Shown piece after piece: positions 34,361 through 43,131 of a stretch of 64,000 nucleotides of DNA. The position numbers were made by a program, and so were the translations under genes. The first letter of the stretch is position 1. Every line of letters begins with the position of its first letter. Origin of the DNA: an uncultured Anaerolinea sp. (GTDB lineage: Bacteria > Chloroflexota > Anaerolineae > JAAEKA01); NCBI GenBank assembly GCA_964626845.1, contig CAZVGR010000005.1:36557-100556 (forward strand). Reading direction: 5' to 3'. The notes under the pieces are model-generated. The model was not told the DNA's origin. It was given only the letters and a program-made list of their open reading frames with translations, and ran no database searches.

Positions 34361-35281
34361 TTATAACACAAAGCGCTTCTGGGTGTCAAATAGCACGGCG
34401 TCCACGAAGGTCCAGAACGCGTTGGTGGCTGGTGAATGGGCGACCTGAGAGTCGTCGACCAGGTAGAGCCAGCGCTTCATAGCCACCCCCTCGATCTCCA
34501 CAATCTTGAGCTTGCCCACAGGCAGATGGCGCTGCACCGTGACCCTGGGCACAAAACTGAGCCCAATGTGCTCCTCCACCGCCATCAGGATCGCCTCTGA
34601 GTTGTCCAACACCAGCACAACTTCCATGCGGTCGAAATCGACTCCCACCTGGTCCAGCGTCTCGACCAGAGTCATTTGGGTGCCTGAGGACATCTCCCGC
34701 AGCACAAAGCGCTCCTGATAGAGCTCGCGCGGCGCGATCGAGGCGCGTGCGGCCCAGGGATGGTCGGCCGGCGCCACCAGGACGATCTCGTCCTCGAAGA
34801 AGCGGCGAAAATGCAGGCCCGCGCGCTGGACGCGATCGCTGGTCACAGCTACGTCGACGACGCCGGCGTGCAGCCAGTCCAGCACCTGGCTGCGCGCGCC
34901 CACCTTGACTGCCGCGCGCACCAAGGGATAGCGCTGGCGGTAGCGGGCCAAAATACCAGGCACCAGATACTTGCCCGACGACGTGGAACAGCCCAGGGTA
35001 AGATGGCCCGCCACCTCGCCGGCCAGCGCGTGCGCAGCCTCTTCTACCTGGCGGCAGTTGCGGATCAGGTCCTGCACCAGCGGCAGCAACACCTCGCCGG
35101 CCGGGCTGAGGCTGATACGACGGCCATTGCGCTCGAAAAGCGCCACGCCCAACGACTGCTCCAGCCCCTGGATGTGCTGGCTGACGGCCGGTTGGCTCAT
35201 GTGCAAGCGCTGGGCGGAGCGGGTGAAGTTCTCGGTTTCGGCTGCGATGGTGAAGATTTGCAGGCTTTCTAAATCAAGCAT
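34361..35281 (-). CDS. LysR-family transcriptional regulator
   Basis: N-terminal HTH LESLQIFTIAAETENFTRSAQRLHMSQPAVSQHIQGLEQSLGVALFER, plus C-terminal substrate-binding fold. Divergent from the rhodanese/cytochrome operon. Confidence 0.85.
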   Translation of the reverse strand: MLDLESLQIFTIAAETENFTRSAQRLHMSQPAVSQHIQGLEQSLGVALFERNGRRISLSPAGEVLLPLVQDLIRNCRQVEEAAHALAGEVAGHLTLGCSTSSGKYLVPGILARYRQRYPLVRAAVKVGARSQVLDWLHAGVVDVAVTSDRVQRAGLHFRRFFEDEIVLVAPADHPWAARASIAPRELYQERFVLREMSSGTQMTLVETLDQVGVDFDRMEVVLVLDNSEAILMAVEEHIGLSFVPRVTVQRHLPVGKLKIVEIEGVAMKRWLYLVDDSQVAHSPATNAFWTFVDAVLFDTQKRFVL

Positions 35282-35299
35282 GGCAGGCGACCTCTGTGA

Positions 35300-35411
35300 G
35301 TTACTCTACTCAGGTGCCGGGCACTTGCAGCTCATGTGCGGCTTGAATAGGTTCGGCAGACATCGCTGCAAACGTAGATTCAAGTGCCCGGCACCATAGC
35401 TGAGTAGCAAC
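35300..35411. mobile_element. MITE-like element family 1 (112 bp) with perfect 8-bp TSD CTCTGTGA, inserted in the LysR/cytochrome-operon divergent promoter region
   Basis: Ends GTTACTCTACTCAGGTGCCGGGCACTTG ... CAAGTGCCCGGCACCATAGCTGAGTAGCAAC. TSD at 35292-35299 and 35412-35419. Confidence 0.8.
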
Positions 35412-35440
35412 CTCTGTGATAAAATTCCCGAATAGAAGTA

Positions 35441-35457
35441 TATCAGAGACTCTGATA
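35441..35457. promoter_or_regulatory. Perfect 17-bp palindrome TATCAGAG-A-CTCTGATA (contains a T-N11-A LysR-type box) in AT-rich promoter region
   Basis: Read directly. Lies ~90 bp upstream of the operon start (35550), between the divergent LysR gene and the operon. Confidence 0.45.
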
Positions 35458-35549
35458 ATAAAACATGATCTATATCATACGCTTTTATCAAAAATCCTGG
35501 TATGATTGGGCCGTTGCAGACTATACTCAAGGTTTCTCAGGAGGAGACT

Positions 35550-37556
35550 ATGTCTCGTTTGCGTGTTCTACCAATCCTATCGATCCTGCTGATCCTGGCG
35601 CTGCTGGTTGCAGGCTGCGGCCAGCAAGCCACGCCAGAGCCGACGCCCGTCCCGCCGACAGCTACCCCCGTGCCGCCGACGGCCACGCCGGTCCCGCCCA
35701 CGGCCACCCCTGTGCCGCCCACGGCTACGCCGGTGCCGCCAACACCCACGCCTGTACCGCCCACGCCAACCCCCGAACCGGAACCAGAGTCGGGCGTGTT
35801 GGATGATGCCATGGCCTTCTTTGGCGCTGGCGTGAAGTTGATCTCGGCTGACGCCCTCTACGAGAACCTCAACGACGGCGACGCCAGCAACGATCCCTTC
35901 ATCATCTCATTGCGCTCGGCCGAACATGACGCCGTAGGCCAGATCCCAGGCGCCTACAACATCAGCGTCAAGGAGCTGATGTCACCCGAGGTGCTGGCCA
36001 CCCTGCCCACCGACCGGCAGATCGTCGTCTACTGCTACACCGGCCAGAACTCAGCCCAGGCCGTGACAGCGCTGAACATGGCCGGCTTCGACGCAGCCAG
36101 CCTCACCTATGGCATGAGCGGCTGGACCACCGATCCGGCGGTCTATGTCAACCGCTTCAACGCAGAAACGACCCCGCGCCAGTTCGCAACCTTCACCGAC
36201 ATGCCGGAATGGAGCGACGAGACCTTCGCGCTGGCCACGCCATTGGCCGAGACCAGCGCCGAGGCCGCCTACGCCTACCTGAGCGCCAACGGCGCCAAGA
36301 TGATCGCGGCCGATGCGGTGTACGAGAACCTCAACGACGGCGACGCCAGCAACGACCCCTTCATCATCTCGGTGCGGGCCCAGGAAGACTACGCCAAGGG
36401 ACACCTGCCTGGCGCGCTGTGGACGACGCCCAAGGACCTGTTCACCCCTGAGATGCTGGCCAAGCTGCCCACCGACCGCCAGATCCTGGTCTACTGCTAC
36501 ACCGGCCAGAACTCCGGCTTCGTGGTGGCGGGTCTGAACATGCTGGGCTACGATGCCATCAGCCTGACCCACGGCATGAGCGGCTGGACCGACGATCCGG
36601 ATGTCTTCGTTCGCCGCTTCAACGCCGAGACGACGCCGCGCAACTTCCCCACCGAGGCTGGCGCCGTGCGCTCGCTGGCTGCCGGCTCGGACGGCGACCT
36701 GGCCACGGCCGCAGATGCTTACTTCAGCGGCGGCCCGAAGACTATCACCGCCGACGCGCTGTTCGAGATCCTCAACGACGGCGACGACAGCAACGACCCG
36801 ACGATCATCTCGGTGCGCAAGGCTGAGGATTTCGCTAAGGGCCACCTCCCTGGCGCGATCAACCTGACCCACGCCCAGCTCTTCACGCCCGATGTGCTGG
36901 CGACGATCCCGCAGGACAAACCGGTGGTGGTCTACTGCTACACCGGCCAGACGGCCAGCCAGGCAGTCTCGGTGCTGAACATGCTGGGCTACGACGCCCG
37001 CAACCTGGTCTTCGGCATGAGCGGCTGGACGACAGACCCTGAGGTCTACGTGACCCGCTTCGACCCCACCAAGGCCAACGACTTCCGAACGACCACGGAA
37101 GGCTTTGAGGCTGAGGGCGAGTACGACCTGCCCGAGCCGCTGGCGGCCACCGTGCTGGATGCAGCAGCGGTCTACTTCGGTGCAGGGCTGAAGACAATCC
37201 AGGCGCCGGCGTTGTACGAAAATCTGAACGACGGCGACGAGAGCAACGATCCCTACATCATCTCGGTGCGTTCGGCAGAGCACTACGCACTGGGCCATTT
37301 GCCAGGCGCAGTCTGGTACGACGCCAAGGCGCTGTTCACGCCAGACAGCCTGAGCACCCTGCCCAACGACCGCCCCATTGTGGTCTACTGCTATACCGGC
37401 CAGACCGCCAGCCAGGTGACTTCGGTGCTCAATCTGTTGGGCTACGATGCCAGCAACCTGGTGTTTGGTATGGGCAACTGGACCAACGATCCTGCGGTCT
37501 ACGTCAATCGCTTCAACCCGGAGACGACCCCGCGCGACTTTCCGGTTGAGAAATAG
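35550..37556 (+). CDS. Lipoprotein with four tandem rhodanese (sulfurtransferase) domains, each retaining the catalytic Cys (CYTGQ)
   Basis: Start MSRLRVLPILSILLILALLVAGC with strong RBS AGGAGG (the track ORF starts 48 nt earlier). PT-rich linker (TATPVPP x4). Four repeats ending ...VVYCYTGQNSAQ / LVYCYTGQNSGF / VVYCYTGQTASQ / VVYCYTGQTASQ. Confidence 0.85.
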   Translation: MSRLRVLPILSILLILALLVAGCGQQATPEPTPVPPTATPVPPTATPVPPTATPVPPTATPVPPTPTPVPPTPTPEPEPESGVLDDAMAFFGAGVKLISADALYENLNDGDASNDPFIISLRSAEHDAVGQIPGAYNISVKELMSPEVLATLPTDRQIVVYCYTGQNSAQAVTALNMAGFDAASLTYGMSGWTTDPAVYVNRFNAETTPRQFATFTDMPEWSDETFALATPLAETSAEAAYAYLSANGAKMIAADAVYENLNDGDASNDPFIISVRAQEDYAKGHLPGALWTTPKDLFTPEMLAKLPTDRQILVYCYTGQNSGFVVAGLNMLGYDAISLTHGMSGWTDDPDVFVRRFNAETTPRNFPTEAGAVRSLAAGSDGDLATAADAYFSGGPKTITADALFEILNDGDDSNDPTIISVRKAEDFAKGHLPGAINLTHAQLFTPDVLATIPQDKPVVVYCYTGQTASQAVSVLNMLGYDARNLVFGMSGWTTDPEVYVTRFDPTKANDFRTTTEGFEAEGEYDLPEPLAATVLDAAAVYFGAGLKTIQAPALYENLNDGDESNDPYIISVRSAEHYALGHLPGAVWYDAKALFTPDSLSTLPNDRPIVVYCYTGQTASQVTSVLNLLGYDASNLVFGMGNWTNDPAVYVNRFNPETTPRDFPVEK

Positions 37557-37681
37557 TCGATCTTCCCCTGCTGGTCAGCGCTGCCAAGGCGCTGACCAGG
37601 CGCACACGTGGGTGACTCTGCCTGCCTCACCAGCCAATGGTGAGGCAGGCAAGTCCCTTTTTTGGAAAGGAGCCCCCTGAA

Positions 37682-38035
37682 ATGCAGATAAAGGCGAAAC
37701 GACGCTGGCTGTGGGGGTTGGCGGCCATCGCTGTGGTGCTGATTGGCGTCGCCATTTTCCAGCCGGCCTTTGGCGGCGAGCAAGCGGCCCTCCCTGCGGT
37801 GGATGCCGTGGCGGCGCTGCCTGCGGTCGATCTGGTCCAGGCCGAGCCTGCCCCGGCCGAAGTTCAGCCGGCTGAACCATCGTCGTCCGTGGAACTAAGC
37901 GATCACGAGGCGCCGGTTGCGCAGACGCCGTCGTCCGACAACTGCATCGCCTGCCACACCAACCAGGCCCTGCTCCAGCAACTGGCCGTCGAGCCAGAAA
38001 AGGTCAAGTCGGAGCTGGCCGGCGGCGAGGGCTGA
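37682..38035 (+). CDS. Membrane-anchored monoheme c-type cytochrome (possibly the N-terminal part of the following decaheme gene, see findings)
   Basis: RBS GGAAAGGAG. MQIKAKRRWLWGLAAIAVVLIGVAIF (TM/signal anchor), CIACH. In the same frame as the next ORF, separated by a single TGA. Confidence 0.6.
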   Translation: MQIKAKRRWLWGLAAIAVVLIGVAIFQPAFGGEQAALPAVDAVAALPAVDLVQAEPAPAEVQPAEPSSSVELSDHEAPVAQTPSSDNCIACHTNQALLQQLAVEPEKVKSELAGGEG

Positions 38036-38044
38036 GCTGGCGAG

Positions 38045-39151
38045 TTGCCTCCGTTGGAGGCATGGCAAAAGGTCCTGGTGAGCGAAAAGTTCCTGACGGA
38101 CGACGTACACAGCAAGCCTGGCTGCATCGCCTGTCACGGCGGCACGCCTGGCGTGGTCGACAAGGAACAGGCCCATACCGGGATGTACAAGCTGGCAGCA
38201 GCGAACCCAGACCGCGCTTGCGGCGGCTGCCACGTGGCCGTCGTCGACCAGGCGCAGACCAGCTCGCATCGCCTGCTGCCCGGCTATCTGACCGTCATGT
38301 CGGAGCGCGGCGCAGACTTCACGATGCCAGAAACGGTGCGGGCCTACACCACCCATTGCACCAAGTGCCACGCGACCTGCGGCGACTGCCACATCAGCCG
38401 GCCCCAGGCGCTGGACGGCGGCCTGATCGATGGACACGTGGTCAAGCGAGTGGCCTCGGTGTTCACTACCTGCGGCGGCTGTCATAGCGCGCGCATCGCC
38501 GACGAATACAGGGGCGCCCATGAGGGCATCCCGGCTGATGTCCACTGGCAAAAGGCAGGTATGCCCTGCACCCGCTGCCACACCATGGAGGAGTTCCACG
38601 AGGGCCAACACGGCACGCGCTACGACTCCGAACCCAGCGTAGACTGCATCGACTGCCACCAGGAAGATGTGCAACTGGGCGGCGACAACTTGCAGCACAC
38701 CATCCACACCAACACTGTGCAGTGCCACGTTTGCCACTCAGCCGGCGAGTACAAGTCCTGCTTCACCTGCCACACCGGCGAGGACGACAAGGGCATTCCC
38801 TACTACACCACCGAGCCATCGCAGATGACCTTCAAAATCGGCCGCAACCCGATCCAGAGCGAGAGCCGGCCCTGGAACTACGTGCTGCTGCGCCATGCGC
38901 CCACCAATCCCGACCTGTGGGCCTTCTACGGCGACGACCTGCTGCCGACCTTCGACAACCTGCCCACATGGAAGGCGACGACGCCGCATAACATCCAGAA
39001 GATCACGCCACAAAACGCTACCTGCAATAGTTGCCACGGCCAGGAGGAGTTGTTCCTCACCGAAGCCGATGTGGCGCCCGACCTGCTGGAGGCCAATCGT
39101 CGTGTGATCGTGACCAGGATCCCGCGTACGCTGCCGGAGGTCGAGCCATGA
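38045..39151 (+). CDS. Decaheme c-type cytochrome (10 CXXCH), no own signal peptide
   Basis: TTG-start ORF. CIACH, CGGCH, CTKCH, CGDCH, CGGCH, CTRCH, CIDCH, CHVCH, CFTCH, CNSCH. Stop overlaps the next start (ATGA). Confidence 0.7.
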   Translation: MPPLEAWQKVLVSEKFLTDDVHSKPGCIACHGGTPGVVDKEQAHTGMYKLAAANPDRACGGCHVAVVDQAQTSSHRLLPGYLTVMSERGADFTMPETVRAYTTHCTKCHATCGDCHISRPQALDGGLIDGHVVKRVASVFTTCGGCHSARIADEYRGAHEGIPADVHWQKAGMPCTRCHTMEEFHEGQHGTRYDSEPSVDCIDCHQEDVQLGGDNLQHTIHTNTVQCHVCHSAGEYKSCFTCHTGEDDKGIPYYTTEPSQMTFKIGRNPIQSESRPWNYVLLRHAPTNPDLWAFYGDDLLPTFDNLPTWKATTPHNIQKITPQNATCNSCHGQEELFLTEADVAPDLLEANRRVIVTRIPRTLPEVEP

Positions 39152-40284
39152 CCACACGCACCTACGCGGCTGGGATGATCGTTGTCCTGGCAACCCTCGC
39201 TCTGGCCGGCCTGCTCTTTGCGGCGCAGCCAGCCAAAGCTCAGGAGACTCCCCCGCTCCCTGGCAGCGCCAATCCGGACAACGTCGCCTGCCTTGCCTGC
39301 CACCGGCAGGAGGGGCTGCACCTGGTGTTCCCATCGGGCGAAGCGCTGCCAGTCACTATGGACGCCACAGAGCTGCTCGGATCGGTCCACGCTACGTTGG
39401 CCTGCCAGGACTGTCACACCGACATCGCCGGCTACCCCCACGGCGCGCCGCCAGCCAACGACCATCGCGATCTGCAGATCCACTACAGCCATAGCTGCGC
39501 CAACTGCCATGACCAGCAGGCCATGCAAGAGGTCGACAGCATCCATGCCCAGCTTCAGGCCTCCGGCATGAGAGAAGCCGCCGTCTGCGCCGACTGCCAC
39601 GGCAGCCACAACATCCAGCCGATCGACCGGGACAAGCACCCCGAGGTGTCGCCTACGGCCTCGGCCGAGATCTGTGCGCAGTGCCACAGCGGCATTTATA
39701 ACCAGTTCGCCGACAGCGTGCATGGCGAGGCGTTGATCTCCGGCAACCCCGACGTGCCGACCTGCATCACCTGCCACCCCGCGCACACCGCTACCGATCC
39801 GCGCACGCTGGCCTTCCGCCTGCAATCGCCGGAGATGTGCGGCGAGTGCCACGCCGACCAGGCGCTGATGGCCAAGTACGGCATCTCCACCGAGGTGTTC
39901 GACACCTACGTGGCCGATTTTCACGGCACCACAGTAATGCTGTTCGAGAAGACCCATCCTGGCCAGCCCACCAACAAGGCCGTCTGCATCGACTGCCACG
40001 GCGTGCATGACATCGCCCCGGCTACGCGCGACAGCGAGCTGATCCAGGCCAACATCCTGCCCCGCTGCCAGGAATGCCATCCCGACGCGTCGATCAACTT
40101 CGCGGCCAGTTGGCTGGGCCACTACGCCCCTAACTTCGAGACTGCGCCCTTAGTGACCACAGTGACCTGGTTCTACCGCATCCTGATCCCGCTGGTGATC
40201 GGGTTCTTTGTGGTCTACGTCGGCCTCGACGCCTATCGCCACATCATGGACCGGCGCGAGCGCCGCAAGGAGGTGAAAGCATGA
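39148..40284 (+). CDS. Nonaheme c-type cytochrome with N-terminal signal peptide and C-terminal TM anchor
   Basis: Start MTTRTYAAGMIVVLATLALAGLLFAAQPAKAQE. CLACH, CQDCH, CANCH, CADCH, CAQCH, CITCH, CGECH, CIDCH, CQECH. C-term helix WFYRILIPLVIGFFVVYVGL. ATGA overlap with both neighbours. Confidence 0.85.
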   Translation: MTTRTYAAGMIVVLATLALAGLLFAAQPAKAQETPPLPGSANPDNVACLACHRQEGLHLVFPSGEALPVTMDATELLGSVHATLACQDCHTDIAGYPHGAPPANDHRDLQIHYSHSCANCHDQQAMQEVDSIHAQLQASGMREAAVCADCHGSHNIQPIDRDKHPEVSPTASAEICAQCHSGIYNQFADSVHGEALISGNPDVPTCITCHPAHTATDPRTLAFRLQSPEMCGECHADQALMAKYGISTEVFDTYVADFHGTTVMLFEKTHPGQPTNKAVCIDCHGVHDIAPATRDSELIQANILPRCQECHPDASINFAASWLGHYAPNFETAPLVTTVTWFYRILIPLVIGFFVVYVGLDAYRHIMDRRERRKEVKA

Positions 40285-41378
40285 GCGAAAGCACGCAACG
40301 CTACCTGCGTTTCCTGGTCAGCGACCGGGTGCTGCACCTGCTGCTGCTGATCTCCTTCACGGCGCTGGCCATCACTGGCCTGGTACAGAAGTATGCCGAT
40401 TTTGGCATCTCAGTAACGCTGATCCGGGCTATGGGCGGCATCGAACAGACGCGCGTCTTCCACCACACCTTCGCGGTGGTGCTGATCCTGACCAGCATCG
40501 CCCATGCGGTGCAGGTCGGCTACCGCGTCTACGTGCAGCGCAAATCGATGAGCATGCTGCCAACCCTGCGCGACGTAACCGACTTCGTGGCTGCGGTCAA
40601 ATACAACGCCGGGCTGAGCAAGCAACGGCCTCACTTCCCCCGCTTTAACTTCATGGAGAAGGTCGAGTACTGGGCGGTGGTATGGGGCACGGTGCTGATG
40701 ACCATCACCGGCTACGTGCTGTGGAATCCGGTGTTGATCACCCAGTACCTGCCGGGCGAAGTGGTGCCAGCGGCCAAGATCGCTCACGGCCTGGAGGCGG
40801 TGCTGGCGGTGTTGTCGATCTTGATCTGGCACGCCTACTACGTCCATGTTAAGGTCTTCAACAAGAGCATGTTCACCGGCTATCTGACCGAAGAGGAGAT
40901 GGAGGAAGAACATCCCGCCGAGTTGGAGAAGATTCGCCACGGCAAAGTCTGGCATCCGCCGGCTCCAGAAGTACGCTATAGCCGCATCAAGCTCTATGCG
41001 CCTTTGGCAACGCTCTTTGTGTTGGTATCGGTGCTGGGCACCTGGCGCTGGCTGACGGCCGAAACGACAGCCATCACCACCGTGCCGCGCGCTGTGGTGG
41101 AACAGGCGGCCTATCAACCGGTGCTGCCCACCCCGCGCACGGTCAGGCTGGAGGCGACACCCGCGCCCACGCCGCTCAGCGTGCTGGCTGTCAGCGACCT
41201 GGCCAGCCAGCCGCCGGCCGAGGCGCCGTTGATCCCCCACGCCATCGGCGGGGAGCGCTCGCAGTGCCTGGTTTGTCACGACGTCTACAGCATGATCAAG
41301 CCAGCGCCGCGCGACCATGCCGGCTTGACTGAAGATACCTGCCAGACCTGCCACAGCCCGCAAGGAGAGACGCCATGA
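40281..41378 (+). CDS. Dihaem cytochrome b (FdnI/HydC/HyaC-type, 4-5 TM, quinone-reactive) fused to a C-terminal dihaem c domain (CbcL-like)
   Basis: TM helices with conserved His (HLLLLISF, FHHTFAVVLIL, IAHGLEAVLAVLSILIWHAYYVH). C-term CLVCH and CQTCH. ATGA overlap with both neighbours. Confidence 0.8.
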   Translation: MSESTQRYLRFLVSDRVLHLLLLISFTALAITGLVQKYADFGISVTLIRAMGGIEQTRVFHHTFAVVLILTSIAHAVQVGYRVYVQRKSMSMLPTLRDVTDFVAAVKYNAGLSKQRPHFPRFNFMEKVEYWAVVWGTVLMTITGYVLWNPVLITQYLPGEVVPAAKIAHGLEAVLAVLSILIWHAYYVHVKVFNKSMFTGYLTEEEMEEEHPAELEKIRHGKVWHPPAPEVRYSRIKLYAPLATLFVLVSVLGTWRWLTAETTAITTVPRAVVEQAAYQPVLPTPRTVRLEATPAPTPLSVLAVSDLASQPPAEAPLIPHAIGGERSQCLVCHDVYSMIKPAPRDHAGLTEDTCQTCHSPQGETP

Positions 41379-43054
41379 CTCCCCATGCACGCCCCCATCT
41401 GGCTGGCTGGGCCGTCCTGGCGTTCTTCTGCCTGCTGGCCCTGGCTCTAGGGCCGCAGCCTGCCCACGCCCAGCCGCCTGAGCCGCACCAATTCATGCAG
41501 GACTACAAAGGCCCGGTCACTTGCCGGATCTGTCACGGCGACGTAGCCGACCAGGTGATCCACAGCGTCCACTACACGTGGGAGCAGAAGATGGATCACT
41601 ATAGCCCGGTGGCCGGCAGCATTGCCCGCATCAACTGGCTGGGGATGCTCAACGAGACCCTCAACATCCCCGGCGGCTGCGGCCGCTGCCACGTGGGCAG
41701 CGGCGCGTTGCCTGTGTCCCCTGACCAGGCGACCACCGCCGACAAGAACGGCATCGACTGCCTGATCTGCCACTCGCCAGTTTACGACACCAGCCTGCGC
41801 TTCCCGGTGCAGGACGAAAACGGCAACTGGACGTTGACCCAGGATCGCAACGTGCTGACCGCGCGCCAGGCGCAGCGCCCCACCACCGAGAACTGCCTGT
41901 TCTGCCACCAAAACGTGGGCGGCGGGCCGATGCTCAAGCGCGGGGTGGACTTCGCGCCCATCGAGGACAAGCACGGCGAAGACAGCAAGGCCGATGTCCA
42001 CGCCAGCGCCGGCCTGACCTGCGTTGACTGCCACGCCTCGCAGGACCACAAGATCATGGGCTTTGCGCCCGACATCTGGAGCCGCGACCTGCCCGACCAG
42101 CGCCTGACCTGCGATAGCTGCCACACCTCCGCGCCGCACGCCGATCCGCTGCTCAACGTGCAGCACGCGCGGCTGGATTGCCGTACCTGTCACGTGGAGG
42201 GAACCGGCGGGCTGGTCAGCCGCGACTGGACTGCGCCGCCAGTCTACGATCCGATCACCGAGCTGTATGCGCCGGTGGACGACCTGCGCGCGCCCAACTC
42301 GGTGCAGCCAGTCTATATGTGGCACAACGGCCAGCCGGCGCTGCCAGGCGAACCCTGGCCCGGCAGCCGCTCCGACCTGACGTCGCGCATCCAACCCTTC
42401 AAGCTGTTCCAGGCCACTGCGCCGGTGGACGCCAGCAGCAGCGAACCAATCCCGCTCAAGCTGGGCATCTTCTACACGCAGGGCGACCTGGAGCAGGCCA
42501 TCCGGGTTGGCGCGGCCGAGTCGGGCATGGCCTACAGCGGGTCATGGCAGACCGGCCAGCTCGACGCGCCTTTGCAGATCAGCCACGGCGTGGTGGGAGC
42601 GCAGTATGCCCGCCAGTGCCAGGACTGCCACGTGCCGGACGGCATCATCGACTTCGCCAACATGGGCTACACGCCGCAGGAAGTGGCCGTGTTGAGCACC
42701 ATCAGCTCAGAAAGCGCCGGTCAGCGCCAGCCCTTGCAGATGTCGGTAGTGATCCCGGCCGCGCAGCCGCTGCCCACACCAGTGCTGCTGTCAGGCAACC
42801 TGGAGGCTGCGCGCGGCTTCGGCGTTCAGATCCCGTGGAACCCGTTCCTGGTACTGCTGGCCTCGATCGCCATCGTCGCCGGCGGCGGTTACTGGCTCTA
42901 CCGCCAGAAGCCGGTCGCTGCGCCGCCGCCGGTGCAGACCGCAACGGCAGGAGCACCCGCAACGCCAACACCCGAGGCTACCGCGGCGCAGGACACGCCA
43001 GATGAGGCTGCGGCGGAGCAATCCGCAGTTGAACGATCTACCGGAAGCGACTAA
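41375..43054 (+). CDS. Octaheme c-type cytochrome with signal peptide and C-terminal TM anchor + Pro/Ala/Thr-rich tail
   Basis: Signal AVLAFFCLLALALGPQPAHA. CRICH, CGRCH, CLICH, CLFCH, CVDCH, CDSCH, CRTCH, CQDCH. TM LVLLASIAIVAGGGYWLY. Confidence 0.85.
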   Translation: MTPHARPHLAGWAVLAFFCLLALALGPQPAHAQPPEPHQFMQDYKGPVTCRICHGDVADQVIHSVHYTWEQKMDHYSPVAGSIARINWLGMLNETLNIPGGCGRCHVGSGALPVSPDQATTADKNGIDCLICHSPVYDTSLRFPVQDENGNWTLTQDRNVLTARQAQRPTTENCLFCHQNVGGGPMLKRGVDFAPIEDKHGEDSKADVHASAGLTCVDCHASQDHKIMGFAPDIWSRDLPDQRLTCDSCHTSAPHADPLLNVQHARLDCRTCHVEGTGGLVSRDWTAPPVYDPITELYAPVDDLRAPNSVQPVYMWHNGQPALPGEPWPGSRSDLTSRIQPFKLFQATAPVDASSSEPIPLKLGIFYTQGDLEQAIRVGAAESGMAYSGSWQTGQLDAPLQISHGVVGAQYARQCQDCHVPDGIIDFANMGYTPQEVAVLSTISSESAGQRQPLQMSVVIPAAQPLPTPVLLSGNLEAARGFGVQIPWNPFLVLLASIAIVAGGGYWLYRQKPVAAPPPVQTATAGAPATPTPEATAAQDTPDEAAAEQSAVERSTGSD

Positions 43055-43093
43055 AGTCGCCACTACGAACTCCGACACGGATTGACCTCGAAC

Positions 43094-43131
43094 GGCCCCT
43101 GTTGATGACAATCAACAGGGGCCGTTTCATT
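43094..43131 (+). terminator. Rho-independent terminator after the cytochrome operon (GGCCCCTGTTGAT-GACA-ATCAACAGGGGCC + GTTTCATT)
   Basis: 13-bp perfect stem, 4-nt loop, U-rich tail, 40 nt after the octaheme gene's stop. Confidence 0.7.

Noticed and set aside
35537-35812. 91-aa minus-strand ORF rich in GTGVGVGG repeats
   Set aside because: Reverse-complement reading of the PT-rich (TATPVPP)n linker of the rhodanese lipoprotein; a low-complexity shadow.
38033-38035. Possibility that the in-frame TGA between the two cytochrome ORFs encodes selenocysteine
   Set aside because: It sits in a Gly/Glu-rich linker (ELAGGEG-TGA-AGELPP) with no catalytic context, and no convincing SECIS-like hairpin follows. 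Nonsense mutation or sequencing error is more parsimonious, though still flagged as a finding.
36051-40122. Minus-strand ORFs antisense to the rhodanese and cytochrome genes (36051-37298, 37895-38737, 38926-40122, 40410-41390, 41447-42394)
   Set aside because: Shadows. The + strand frames carry rhodanese CYTGQ and CXXCH motifs, RBSs and ATGA coupling.
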